This document shows, piece after piece, positions 37,817-47,533 of a stretch of DNA of 64,000 bases; the stretch's first letter is position 1, and the number at the start of each line of letters is the position of its first letter. The stretch covers positions 21,003-85,002 of the forward strand of contig DATIPO010000059.1 in NCBI GenBank assembly GCA_035471925.1. Direction: 5' to 3'. The notes under the pieces were generated by a model. That model ran no database searches, was not told the DNA's origin, and worked only from the letters and a program-made list of their open reading frames with translations. Origin of the DNA: Acidobacteriota bacterium (GTDB taxonomy: Bacteria; Acidobacteriota; UBA6911; RPQK01; DATIPO01). The position numbers and the translations under genes are program-made.

Positions 37817-37932
37817 GTCCCGTTTGTGGGCAAAGTGTAGAGAGACTCCTCGACCGGCCGAGAGCCTATGGGGGGAGGGGCTTGGGACGTGATGCAGATC
37901 TCCCTTGGTTGCCCAAGTGTGGTATCTTAACC

Positions 37933-38067
37933 GGACAAGGAAAAAGGAGGGCAGCTTGCTGATCCGCCCTCCTTCACAACGTGATCCGAATCTATATGGA
38001 AAGCCCGGGCGCAGGCCCGAGCAGCAGGGTTAGAGGGCGCCTCAGGGACGAGGCGCCCTTTTTTCTT
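37933..38067 (+). ncRNA. Candidate small RNA of about 135 nt (function unknown)
   Basis: Extended -10 TGgTATCTT at 37919-37927. Hairpin AAGGAGGGC/GCCCTCCTT at 37944-37974. The RNA would end at the intrinsic terminator 38035-38067. No convincing ORF or Shine-Dalgarno sequence. Confidence 0.3.
38035..38067 (+). terminator. Rho-independent terminator
   Basis: GGGCGCCTC-AGGGAC-GAGGCGCCC (perfect 9-bp GC stem) followed by TTTTTTCTT. Confidence 0.75.
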
Positions 38068-38335
38068 GGCACTTGGCGCCGTTCTCAGCACCGGCTCATG
38101 CAACAATGAGAAGGTAGCAGTTGACCGAAGGGGTTTGAGGAGCCCTTCGACTGCTCTCAGTTCAAATGTCAAAGTCGTATCGACCGTCTATCTCGAAGCC
38201 TGAAACTCTTGACTTTCAGGCGCTTTCACTTACTTAAGACGCCCCCCTCGGTTGAAGGGTTTCAAATCAGCCGCGATTTTCACGCAGCCTCGCTTGGCAC
38301 CCCTCGCCCTGCCGTTCCCGATGCCTCCGCGCATG

Positions 38336-38341
38336 TATAAT
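38336..38341 (+). promoter_or_regulatory. Consensus -10 hexamer TATAAT, 8 nt upstream of the tyrS ATG
   Basis: Perfect TATAAT in GC-rich DNA, with no Shine-Dalgarno sequence between it and ATG 38350. Confidence 0.45.
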
Positions 38342-38349
38342 ACCCGGCC

Positions 38350-39621
<1,272 letters not shown>

Positions 39622-39699
39622 CGATCGCTGTTTCGCCCGAGGGGAAGGCGTGCCAGTGGCGAAACTTCAGGGCGGGCCAGGCTCCCTGGAGCGGAGAGT

Positions 39700-41406
39700 G
39701 TGAACATCATGAAGCGACACGCCGCCCAATCTACTGGGGATTTCTGCAAAGATAATCCACAGTTCCAACAGAAATCAGACGCCCTTGGCCGGGCCACTGT
39801 GGCGGCCTTCGCCCTCCTTGTCGGGATGGCCGGGTTGATGCTCCCGTTCAACCAGCCACTGGAAGCTGGGGAGATCCGTGGATTCTGGGAGGAGCTGTCC
39901 CCCATGCCCACGCCCCGGCAAGAGGTGGCCGCGGTCCTGCTGGACGGCGAAATGTATGTCTTGGGCGGGCTGCTCACCGGCGGATTGACCAGCAACGCGG
40001 TCGAGATCTTCAATCCCGAAACCAACCAGTGGCGGACGGGCGTGGCCCTGCCGAGGGGCATCCACCACGGATCGGCGGCGGTGCTGGACGGCAAGATCTA
40101 CTCAGTGGGCGGATTCGGGGCCGGACAGCCTATTTTCGCCACCCCCATCGTGGACGTCTACGAGTTCGATCCCCAGCAGGAAGGGTGGCAGGCGCGGGCC
40201 TCCCTGCCTTCCGTGCGCGGATCGCTCTTCACTGTGGCCTTAGGTGGACGCCTCTACGCCATCGGCGGACGCGATGTCTCCAACAGCAACACCAACGTGA
40301 CCGTCTACGATCCCCAGCAAGATCAGTGGAGCTCGGCCGCCTCCCTTCCGGTGGGACTTGATCATTTAGCCGCCGCCGCCTTGGACGGCAAGATCTACGT
40401 GGCTGGCGGACGCGTGACCCAAGGCGGGGGATTCGTGCGCAACGACGACGCATCCTTCGTCTATGACCCCGACGCCGATGAGTGGACCCCCATTGCCGAC
40501 CTGCCCACCGCCCGATCGGGGCATGCCGCCATCGGAGCCGCCGGCTTCCTGCTGGTCATCGGCGGCGAGATTCCCGGGGTTTTCGGAGTCAACGAGGTCT
40601 ACGATCCCGCCCAGGACCGCTGGTTCGCGCTGCCGGACCTTCCCACGCCTCGCCACGGGCTGGGCATCGTGGCATCGGGCGACCGCATCTTCACCGCCGG
40701 GGGCGGCACCAGGGCCGGCTTCGAGGCTACGGGACAAAGCGAGGTCTTCAACGTTCTGGGCGAGGTCTCCTCGCTGCCGCAGATGGCTGCCGGTCCCGAT
40801 ATCACGTCACGCTTGGTGTTGGGCAATCCCGGGCCGGACTCAGCCACCGTCATGGTGGAGTTCCACAGCGGACCGGAGGGAACCGACCGGGTCCTTTCCC
40901 TGGACGGGCAAAGCGCCTCGCAATTCCAGCGCAGCATCGAGCCCGAGGGCGTCGTCACCTTGACCACCGATCCTGAGCCGTCCAATGTGACCGCAGGCGT
41001 TACGGTCTACTCCAACGCGCCTCTGCTGGGCAACGTGCTCTTCTCCGGACCTCTGGGCTTTGCAGGTGTGGCCTCGACGCGAGGGGGGACCCGGCTCTTC
41101 CTCAACGCCTCGCGCCAGTCGGCTGAGGGTGCCGATTCGGGCGTGGCCCTTTCCGACCTTTCCGGTGTTTCCGGCAACGTGGTCCTCACACTTCTGGCAT
41201 CTGACGGCGCAGAACTGGCTCAGGCCGAGATTTCCTTGCAAGGATTCGGCCATACGGCCCGCTTCCTGTCCGAGATCTTCGGGGACGGCCTTCCAGAGGA
41301 CTTCACCGGCTCCCTGCGCATCGAGTCCGAGGGGCGGCTGGGGGCCGTGGCCATTCTGGTGCGTCCTGGCCAGTTCGCGACGTTGCCGGTGCGTGTCGTG
41401 GAGTAG
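39700..41406 (+). CDS. Secreted Kelch-repeat protein with the C-terminal tandem module
   Basis: Six blades (GEMYVLGG, GKIYSVGG, GRLYAIGG, GKIYVAGG, GFLLVIGG, DRIFTAGG). The last 212 aa (40768..41403) are the shared module. The start is 39700 or 39709. Confidence 0.8.
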   Translation: MNIMKRHAAQSTGDFCKDNPQFQQKSDALGRATVAAFALLVGMAGLMLPFNQPLEAGEIRGFWEELSPMPTPRQEVAAVLLDGEMYVLGGLLTGGLTSNAVEIFNPETNQWRTGVALPRGIHHGSAAVLDGKIYSVGGFGAGQPIFATPIVDVYEFDPQQEGWQARASLPSVRGSLFTVALGGRLYAIGGRDVSNSNTNVTVYDPQQDQWSSAASLPVGLDHLAAAALDGKIYVAGGRVTQGGGFVRNDDASFVYDPDADEWTPIADLPTARSGHAAIGAAGFLLVIGGEIPGVFGVNEVYDPAQDRWFALPDLPTPRHGLGIVASGDRIFTAGGGTRAGFEATGQSEVFNVLGEVSSLPQMAAGPDITSRLVLGNPGPDSATVMVEFHSGPEGTDRVLSLDGQSASQFQRSIEPEGVVTLTTDPEPSNVTAGVTVYSNAPLLGNVLFSGPLGFAGVASTRGGTRLFLNASRQSAEGADSGVALSDLSGVSGNVVLTLLASDGAELAQAEISLQGFGHTARFLSEIFGDGLPEDFTGSLRIESEGRLGAVAILVRPGQFATLPVRVVE

Positions 41407-41435
41407 GCCCGTGCTGGCCAGCGCTTCGCCCAGCT

Positions 41436-43070
41436 TCACTCGGAAGGCGGAATCCGCTTAAAAACCAGCACCCGGTGTTGCAGGAGCCAGGCCAGCAGAC
41501 GCAGGGCACGGCGGGGCGGCAGATTCCAGGACTCCAGCAGCGAGGAAGCGCGGCAGGGTTGGTCCAGAGGCTCCAGGAGCCGCTGGACGGGGATTCCCTG
41601 CAGAAAAGCCACAGGACGATCAAACCGGGGATGGTAAAGGGCAGGGAAGGGCCGGATGAAGTCCTCCACCAGCACCGGGGCGGGAGCGATCTCGCTGTCC
41701 GCGTGCAGCTTTACACCCAGGTCGGGACGTCTGCGGAGAGGCTCCAGCAGAGCAAGCACGTCCGCCGAATCGGCAGATGGAAGAGACGGCCCCAGGTCCT
41801 CCCAGGATGGACTGCCGTTGAAGGCTGAGGGAAGGCTCCGAGCCCTTTCTCTCCAAAACGACGTGTTCCAGCGGTGGAGGCAGAGGCGCGCATAGCGCGC
41901 CGTCAGTTGCTGATGAAATTCCACCGCCTCACGGCAACGGTCTCGGTAAAAGCGTCGAGCCCAGCGGGCATCGCGGGGACGCGACAGGATCGTATGCACG
42001 GTAGCGGCACCCTGCAGTCCGCTGCGGATGGCGGCTTGGACGCCTTGCGAGGAAAGCGGATCGATGGAAAGAGCTGCTTCGCCCAGCTTGATCCAACAAA
42101 AGTTGACCGGATCGAGGTCGGCTGTCGAAGTGGCGTCACAGGCTTCCACGGCGGTTTGGGGAACGCCCTGGAGACAGGCGTGCAGAAGGTGCGAACGCTC
42201 CAGCAAGGTCTCGTAGATCTCCTGAAGCACATCGCGGTTGGAAAGCGCGGGGTGCTCTCCGCCACCTGCGGCGGTTTCAAGATCTTCCGGCAGCTCGGCC
42301 AGATGCCCGGGATCGAGAAAGACGCAGGCGTTGAAGGTTCCGCCGGGCAAGGGAGCACCCCAATACCAGCAGTCGGAGCGGGCCTCGACGCGGGTCTCGT
42401 CACCCTCCCCAGGCACATCGCGCCAGTAGGCGTAAAGCGCCAGAGTGCGGGGTGCGCTGCGCTCTTTGATTCCGCCCAGGACGCCCCTGCGTCCGCTGGC
42501 ATCGGCAATGAAGCGACAGCGCAGGCGCACCCGTGTAGCGGAATCTTGAAGGGCAACTTCGACAAGCTGCCTGGGGTCTTGATCCTGCTCGACCGGCAGC
42601 AACGGAAGCAGCGGGTATGCCGGCTGCAACAAGCGCACTCCGGCCTGACACGCACCCCTGAGCAGCAAGTCGTCAAAATGGCCTCGTTCGACCTGGAAAC
42701 CAGGCGCATCAGCACCGTCGGCGGTAGAAAGAGGCTCTCCCGCCTCGCGGTCTCCCGATTCGCGTTCGCCCCTGTCGCGGTTTCGGCCTTCCTGGTGTTG
42801 AGTCTCCCGGCCCGGCCACAGGACGTGGGCTTCCCGCGGGCGCAGGAATCCCGCCTTTTCGATGGCCGCACGCATCTCGAGCTGGTCGAGCAGGGGAAGA
42901 ATGCCAGGCGGAAGCGACTCGCCGATGTGGGGACGCGGAAAGGCCAGCTTTTCGACCATGACCACCTGGTAGCCGAGCTGAGCCATGCGTCGGGCAAAGG
43001 ACGAACCGGCGGGACCGGCTCCGATGACGCAAACGTCGCATTCCATTAATTCGGCTAAGCGATCATTCAT
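41436..43070 (-). CDS. FAD-dependent monooxygenase/halogenase-like flavoprotein (LodB/QhpG-like by context)
   Basis: Dinucleotide fold CDVCVIGAGPAGSSFARRMAQLGYQVVMVEK, and a WYWGAP motif resembling the halogenase-type WxWxIP. It is the last gene of the operon. Confidence 0.75.
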   Translation of the reverse strand: MNDRLAELMECDVCVIGAGPAGSSFARRMAQLGYQVVMVEKLAFPRPHIGESLPPGILPLLDQLEMRAAIEKAGFLRPREAHVLWPGRETQHQEGRNRDRGERESGDREAGEPLSTADGADAPGFQVERGHFDDLLLRGACQAGVRLLQPAYPLLPLLPVEQDQDPRQLVEVALQDSATRVRLRCRFIADASGRRGVLGGIKERSAPRTLALYAYWRDVPGEGDETRVEARSDCWYWGAPLPGGTFNACVFLDPGHLAELPEDLETAAGGGEHPALSNRDVLQEIYETLLERSHLLHACLQGVPQTAVEACDATSTADLDPVNFCWIKLGEAALSIDPLSSQGVQAAIRSGLQGAATVHTILSRPRDARWARRFYRDRCREAVEFHQQLTARYARLCLHRWNTSFWRERARSLPSAFNGSPSWEDLGPSLPSADSADVLALLEPLRRRPDLGVKLHADSEIAPAPVLVEDFIRPFPALYHPRFDRPVAFLQGIPVQRLLEPLDQPCRASSLLESWNLPPRRALRLLAWLLQHRVLVFKRIPPSE

Positions 43071-43095
43071 GGTCGCCGAGGGGGTTCGCTGATGG

Positions 43096-44409
43096 TCATG
43101 GAGCGAAGAACTTCGGGCAATCCTTCAGCAGGCGGACATAGGCCTGCAAGCAATAGTGCAGCCATCCGCGGATGTAGTCGCAGGCCGGGCGTCCCCGGTG
43201 AATCACTTCGTGATGGCAGCCGCCGCCGCACAGGTAGCGGGCCCAGCAGCCGCTGCAAGGTTGCTGGAAATGGACGTGTCGCTCCTGCAGCCATTGTGCT
43301 TGGCGGCCACGGTCGAGGCCCTCCTCAAGGCTGCCCATGGCCCCGCTTGGGTCGTCCACGAAGCGGTGGCAGGCAAAAAGGTCTCCCTGAGCCGAGACGC
43401 CGAAATAGCCGCCGCCCGCGCCGCAGGGATAGGGGCGATGGGTTCCGCGGTGGATCTCCTTCAGAGCCGTCGTCAAATTGGAGAAGGGATAGCGCGCCCC
43501 ATCCCGCAGCCGCTCTTCGAACTGACGCCCGCAAGCGATCATTTGATCGAGCATGATCTTGAGGTCGTCGGCTCTCATCTCAGCCCGGCCGGTGGGCGAG
43601 CTGAGCATGGGCGAGAATCCTACGCTGTGGAATCCCATCTCGATCAGGCCCTCCAAGGTAGACGGCAGGTCAAGGCGTCCCGGGGTCACGGTGACGCGGG
43701 CCGAGACCTGCATCCGCCTCTGCTTGGCGAGCAGGGGACGCACCCGCTTGAGGATGCGCTCAAAGCTCCCCCGTCCGTCCTTGAAAGGACGGCTCTGGTC
43801 GTGGCTTTCTCCCAGGCCGTCCAGGCTCACCGTCACCGAGAAGCCATGGCGCTCCAGGAAATCGCCGTCCTGGGAAGTCAAGAGAGTGCCGTTAGTGGTC
43901 AGCGACAGTCCCAGTTTGATTCCCTTGCGGCGGGCCTGTCGGTGAGCATAATCGGCCGCCTGGCGCAGCACCGGGCGGTTGACCAGAGGTTCGCCTCCCA
44001 GGAAGGCCAATTGGACCCTGTCTCCGGGACCGGCCTCCTCAAAAAGCCGGTCGACCGAAGCCAAGGCCGTCTCCAGGGGCATGTTTTGGGCCTTGCCGCC
44101 AAAGGAGCCTTCCTGGGCGTAGCAGTAAACACACCCCAGGTTGCATTTTTGAGCCACGGCCAAAGAGAGAGCCCTCACCGGCATCGACTCTGGAGCCTGA
44201 TCGTCGATGTAGGCGGCAGGCGCATCCAGTCCGAAGCGGCGAAGCAGCTCTTGGGCTTGCTGCTGGTCCCTGCTGTCCCAAGCTTCCTGCAACTGGGCGG
44301 CAGCGTCGTCATCCAGCCCATAGATGCGGGTGCCGTCAGAGAGCAACAAGTGGGGTCCTTGGGCCGTCGGGAAGAGATGTCCGAGGGGGAGCCGGAGCTG
44401 GCTGCTCAT
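43096..44409 (-). CDS. Radical SAM enzyme with a SPASM domain (anSME/QhpD-like maturase)
   Basis: CNLGCVYC (CxxxCxxC). C-terminal Cys-rich SPASM region CGAGGGYFGVSAQGDLFACHRF...CSGCWARYLCGGGCHHE. The N-terminal extension is about 85 aa. Confidence 0.85.
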   Translation of the reverse strand: MSSQLRLPLGHLFPTAQGPHLLLSDGTRIYGLDDDAAAQLQEAWDSRDQQQAQELLRRFGLDAPAAYIDDQAPESMPVRALSLAVAQKCNLGCVYCYAQEGSFGGKAQNMPLETALASVDRLFEEAGPGDRVQLAFLGGEPLVNRPVLRQAADYAHRQARRKGIKLGLSLTTNGTLLTSQDGDFLERHGFSVTVSLDGLGESHDQSRPFKDGRGSFERILKRVRPLLAKQRRMQVSARVTVTPGRLDLPSTLEGLIEMGFHSVGFSPMLSSPTGRAEMRADDLKIMLDQMIACGRQFEERLRDGARYPFSNLTTALKEIHRGTHRPYPCGAGGGYFGVSAQGDLFACHRFVDDPSGAMGSLEEGLDRGRQAQWLQERHVHFQQPCSGCWARYLCGGGCHHEVIHRGRPACDYIRGWLHYCLQAYVRLLKDCPKFFAP

Positions 44410-44448
44410 GCGTTTTAGCCTCCGCAGGACTGGAGATTCGCGGACGTC

Positions 44449-45234
44449 TCAGTCTTGGGGTTCGTCTTCGTCCTGCCCTCGGATGATGAAGCGCAACTGT
44501 TCCCAGTCGCGAAACAGGTCCTCATAGCTGACCAAGTCCGCGTTGCGAAGGGAATAGGTCTTGGGCGTATCGGGTCCACGGTCTTTGTGGAGCCAGTTCT
44601 GCCCTTGGGTGACCCCGTTTTCCTCTTCCGAGTTGACAAAGTCGGGACGCGAGGCCGCCCAGTAGTAGCAGGCACATTCCCGGTAGTCGTTCTGCCAGGG
44701 AGAGCACAGACTCTGGGTCAATTCGCCGGGCTGGGCCAAGGAGGCCGCCAGCACCGCGCTCTCGCCATCGGGGACGCCTTCCTGCTCGAAGATGCGCCGC
44801 ACTTGCAGGTTGACTTCGGTGACCTGCTGGCTGTTGCGGTCATAGAATCCGCAGCGCACCTCGTTGCCGCCGCGCTCGACAATGGAGGCCAGTGCGTTGG
44901 CCCACTCCAAGCTGGATCCGCTGAGGTTCTGGACCGGACCGCCGCTTACTTGCGGGCCGCTCACTTGGGTCCAGATGTCCTCGCCCTCGACGCTGACCAG
45001 CAACTGGCCGCGGAAGCCTTCCAACTGAGGGTCTTCGATGTCGACCACCAGCGGACGGGCTTCATGCAGGACGAGTCCCACAAAAATGCGCCGCCAAATG
45101 TTGCGGAAATCAAACTCCAGCCCAGGAAAGCAGTTGGAGATGGCGGTGACCGGCTGGGTGGCGGGAGGGTTGCCGCGGGCCCGGTATTGAAGCTGGGCCG
45201 AGACGTTCTTGGGATCGATCTTGTTGTTGGCCAC
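44449..45234 (-). CDS. LodA/GoxA-like quinoprotein, C-terminal part (separate cistron)
   Basis: GELTQSLCSPWQNDYRECACYYWAASRPD resembles the LodA ...LTKRMACPWQADFFNC...YWWPPQSP region (from memory). The tail LFRDWEQLRFI resembles the LodA C-terminus. The gene has its own GTG start with Shine-Dalgarno sequence AAGGAGG. Confidence 0.6.
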   Translation of the reverse strand: MANNKIDPKNVSAQLQYRARGNPPATQPVTAISNCFPGLEFDFRNIWRRIFVGLVLHEARPLVVDIEDPQLEGFRGQLLVSVEGEDIWTQVSGPQVSGGPVQNLSGSSLEWANALASIVERGGNEVRCGFYDRNSQQVTEVNLQVRRIFEQEGVPDGESAVLAASLAQPGELTQSLCSPWQNDYRECACYYWAASRPDFVNSEEENGVTQGQNWLHKDRGPDTPKTYSLRNADLVSYEDLFRDWEQLRFIIRGQDEDEPQD

Positions 45235-45244
45235 GGTTCCTCCT

Positions 45245-46969
45245 TCAGGAGAGACTGGCGATCCAGCGTTCGATGACTTCCAGTCCCGTCCGCCCGGTGC
45301 CCGGCACGGGACGCGAAAAGGGTGCGTTCATAGGGTGTCCGGGATTGCGCAAGATGCGGACGATGGCCGAGTTGGCGGGATCGCCCGGCACCACCAGCGG
45401 CTGTCCCCGGACGGCCCCGGAAAGAGCACCCTGCGCCGGTTGATTGAGCAGGTGCTGAATGAGCTGGTCGGGATCGGCGAAGCGCGACGACAAGGGCTCG
45501 GCGCCGCTGGGGATGCCGGCGTGCAGCGGAGCGCGCGACTGGAAGTGCTGGATCAGCCTGCGCAAGTCGTCCTCGGGAGAAGCGTCCGCGGGCGGCTCAG
45601 GCTGGTCGGGCTCCTCGTCCCTGATGACCCGCCCTTCGGCCGAGGCCTGAATCTGGGCCCGCTGGCGCCGCGTCAGGGCCAGGTGCAGTCCGTCGCTGCC
45701 CCGCATCATGGCGGGCATCTTGTGGCGTCCGGCGTTGGAGAGGTCGCCCACTTCGCGAAACTGACGGACGATGTCCAGGAACCAGGCATTGCTACCGTCC
45801 GCTAGCGCCTGTACGGTATTGGCGTGAAAGTTGCGGACGGCTGAAGGGTCGACGTTCATGTTGAAGATCGGCTCGAAAGCTCGCCCGTAGCCTTGGTCTT
45901 GGCCCGCCATGTTGTTGCTGTTGTTGCCCACGCCGCCGACGTTCTGGTTGCCGTTCATGACACGGGTTTCCATCAGACGTACCGTATCCAGGGCGTGGCG
46001 GACAATCTCCTGGGGACGCGAGGCCTCCACATCTTCGACCTCGGGACCCAGGGCCATCTGTTCCAACTCGTCGGCCAAGTTGCGCACGTGGAGGCTGTCA
46101 GGAGCGAAGTCGGGCGGTCCCGAGGAAATGCGGGCCAGGGCCGTCAGCGTCTCGGCTTGGCCCCCGTCCTCGGCGGGCAGGTCCAGGCTGACTTCAACGA
46201 TTCCGTCGCAGGCGTCGTCGAGATAGCCCACGCTTACATAGCGTCCGGTCTGAGAATTGAAGCGTCCAGTGTAGATGTTGCCCGGCACGGTAGAGGTCGG
46301 AGTGCCCGGCTGTCCGTCGAAGTGATTGTCCCATGTGCCTCGAGAGGCGTCGTAAACGTCGTCCACCGTGTTGGGATCGCCGGCCGCGGGTCCATAGACC
46401 TTGCCCGGGCCCGGAACGAAGCGGAGCCGGATCTCGGGGAACTCGTCGTTGGGCTCCAGGTACTGGACCGATCCGAAGGGGATTGACTTGCCATCCTTGA
46501 AATTGACGCACTCTCCTCGAAGATCATGGTTCTGGTGGTCGCTGAAGGGGCCGCTGTCGGCCTCCACCTTGTCGCCGTCGCGGCCGGTGCGGCGAAAAGC
46601 CTTGAGATTGGCAGTGCGGACGCGCCAGCGCATGTCCGAGGGAGACAGTCCCAAGTCCTCTAAGTGCTGCGCTGTAAGCGGCTCCAAGGAGCCTTCGTCT
46701 TCAAAGGCCGCCCACACTTCGAGAAAGGGCGCCACCGGGCGGATGCGTCCTTGCCCATCACGGAAACGGACCGAGGAAGGCGTCTCAAGTCCGGTTATCC
46801 TGCCGTCCTCCACCACCAGTGTCTCGGCGGGAATCAGTTCACGATAGGCCGTTGGATCCTCCTTGAAGTCCTGCAAATCATAGTTGTCCATAGGCTGGTC
46901 AGAGGACCCGATACGAGCGATAGCCATTGGTGGCAATATGCGAATCTGCTTGATTGTCCTGACGGGCAT
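45245..46969 (-). CDS. LodA/GoxA-like quinoprotein, N-terminal part, with an extra C-terminal tail
   Basis: IRILPPMAIARIGSS resembles LodA hPxIGVARLGN. SSGPPDFAP resembles GSPDFAP. KMPAMMRGSDG resembles LPLMPMNSGSN (all from memory). ATG 46969 is preferred over the listed start at 47023. Confidence 0.6.
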   Translation of the reverse strand: MPVRTIKQIRILPPMAIARIGSSDQPMDNYDLQDFKEDPTAYRELIPAETLVVEDGRITGLETPSSVRFRDGQGRIRPVAPFLEVWAAFEDEGSLEPLTAQHLEDLGLSPSDMRWRVRTANLKAFRRTGRDGDKVEADSGPFSDHQNHDLRGECVNFKDGKSIPFGSVQYLEPNDEFPEIRLRFVPGPGKVYGPAAGDPNTVDDVYDASRGTWDNHFDGQPGTPTSTVPGNIYTGRFNSQTGRYVSVGYLDDACDGIVEVSLDLPAEDGGQAETLTALARISSGPPDFAPDSLHVRNLADELEQMALGPEVEDVEASRPQEIVRHALDTVRLMETRVMNGNQNVGGVGNNSNNMAGQDQGYGRAFEPIFNMNVDPSAVRNFHANTVQALADGSNAWFLDIVRQFREVGDLSNAGRHKMPAMMRGSDGLHLALTRRQRAQIQASAEGRVIRDEEPDQPEPPADASPEDDLRRLIQHFQSRAPLHAGIPSGAEPLSSRFADPDQLIQHLLNQPAQGALSGAVRGQPLVVPGDPANSAIVRILRNPGHPMNAPFSRPVPGTGRTGLEVIERWIASLS

Positions 46970-47137
46970 GATTTTCAAAATGTCATAGGACCGATCATCT
47001 GTCAAGGAAAATATCAGCAGCAAAAAATGAAGGTTTCATTAGGGTTGGATGGGTTTCCTTCAGCAACCACTGAGCGAGGCAAGTCGCTCCTGAGAACAGA
47101 GGCTCCACAATCGGCAATAAGGTACACTGACCGGCTG

Positions 47138-47533
47138 ATGAAAGTGTGTCCCTTCTGTTCTCAGCCCTTGGAAGATTCGGCTACTCAATGTACGCGCTGC
47201 GGACGTTCTCAGATCTTCAACGAAGATGACCGGCCGGCTCTAGGTTGGCCGGGCTGTTTGCTTTTCGGGACGACACTCGTGCTTTCCATCGTGGGATTGG
47301 CCCTTTTGATGGGACTTCTCTTTGGATGGATGCCCCGCGCCTTGAACAGCACCTGGGGCGGAAGCGCACTGCTGCTGCTCCTAATGGCCTTGGCGGGCCA
47401 CCGCCTCCGCCGTTACCTGGAAGGCCGTCAGGCCCAGACGCAAGAGGGGGAGGGAGCGCCGGAGGTCGAGATCTTGAGCCCAGGCGAAGAAGAAGCTTCG
47501 CTGCCTCAACCCGATAAGCCTCGAGAGGATTAG
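47138..47533 (+). CDS. Zinc-ribbon membrane protein (131 aa)
   Basis: CPFC...CTRC ribbon, two TM helices and an acidic tail. Only the C-terminal third of the listed ORF 46664..47533 is plausible. Confidence 0.5.
   Translation: MKVCPFCSQPLEDSATQCTRCGRSQIFNEDDRPALGWPGCLLFGTTLVLSIVGLALLMGLLFGWMPRALNSTWGGSALLLLLMALAGHRLRRYLEGRQAQTQEGEGAPEVEILSPGEEEASLPQPDKPRED

Noticed and set aside
37931-37960. SRP (4.5S) RNA, suggested by CCGGACAAGGAAAAAGGAGGGCAGC.
   Set aside because: The resemblance to the conserved CCGGAAGGAAGCAGC domain IV is only superficial. The GGAA tetraloop context and the symmetric-loop partner strand are absent.
38068-38349. T-box leader or attenuator in front of tyrS.
   Set aside because: No T-box consensus (…GGGTGGTACCGCG…) is present. 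The only strong terminator lies 283 nt upstream of the ATG, and a perfect TATAAT sits 8 nt before the start codon. The hairpin GCCTGAAA-N8-TTTCAGGC at 38198-38221 has no U-tract.
44449-46969. Explaining the two LodA-like ORFs as a frameshifted pseudogene or a sequencing error.
   Set aside because: The downstream ORF has its own GTG start 4 nt after a strong AAGGAGG Shine-Dalgarno sequence. The upstream ORF continues for about 130 aa into an extra tail before it stops. Both frames are clean. Checking the reads is still advisable.
46664-47137. The N-terminal two thirds of the listed ORF 46664..47533 (+).
   Set aside because: This part runs antisense through the start of the LodA-like gene and has no features. 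Only the part from ATG 47138 (zinc ribbon plus two TM helices) looks like a gene.
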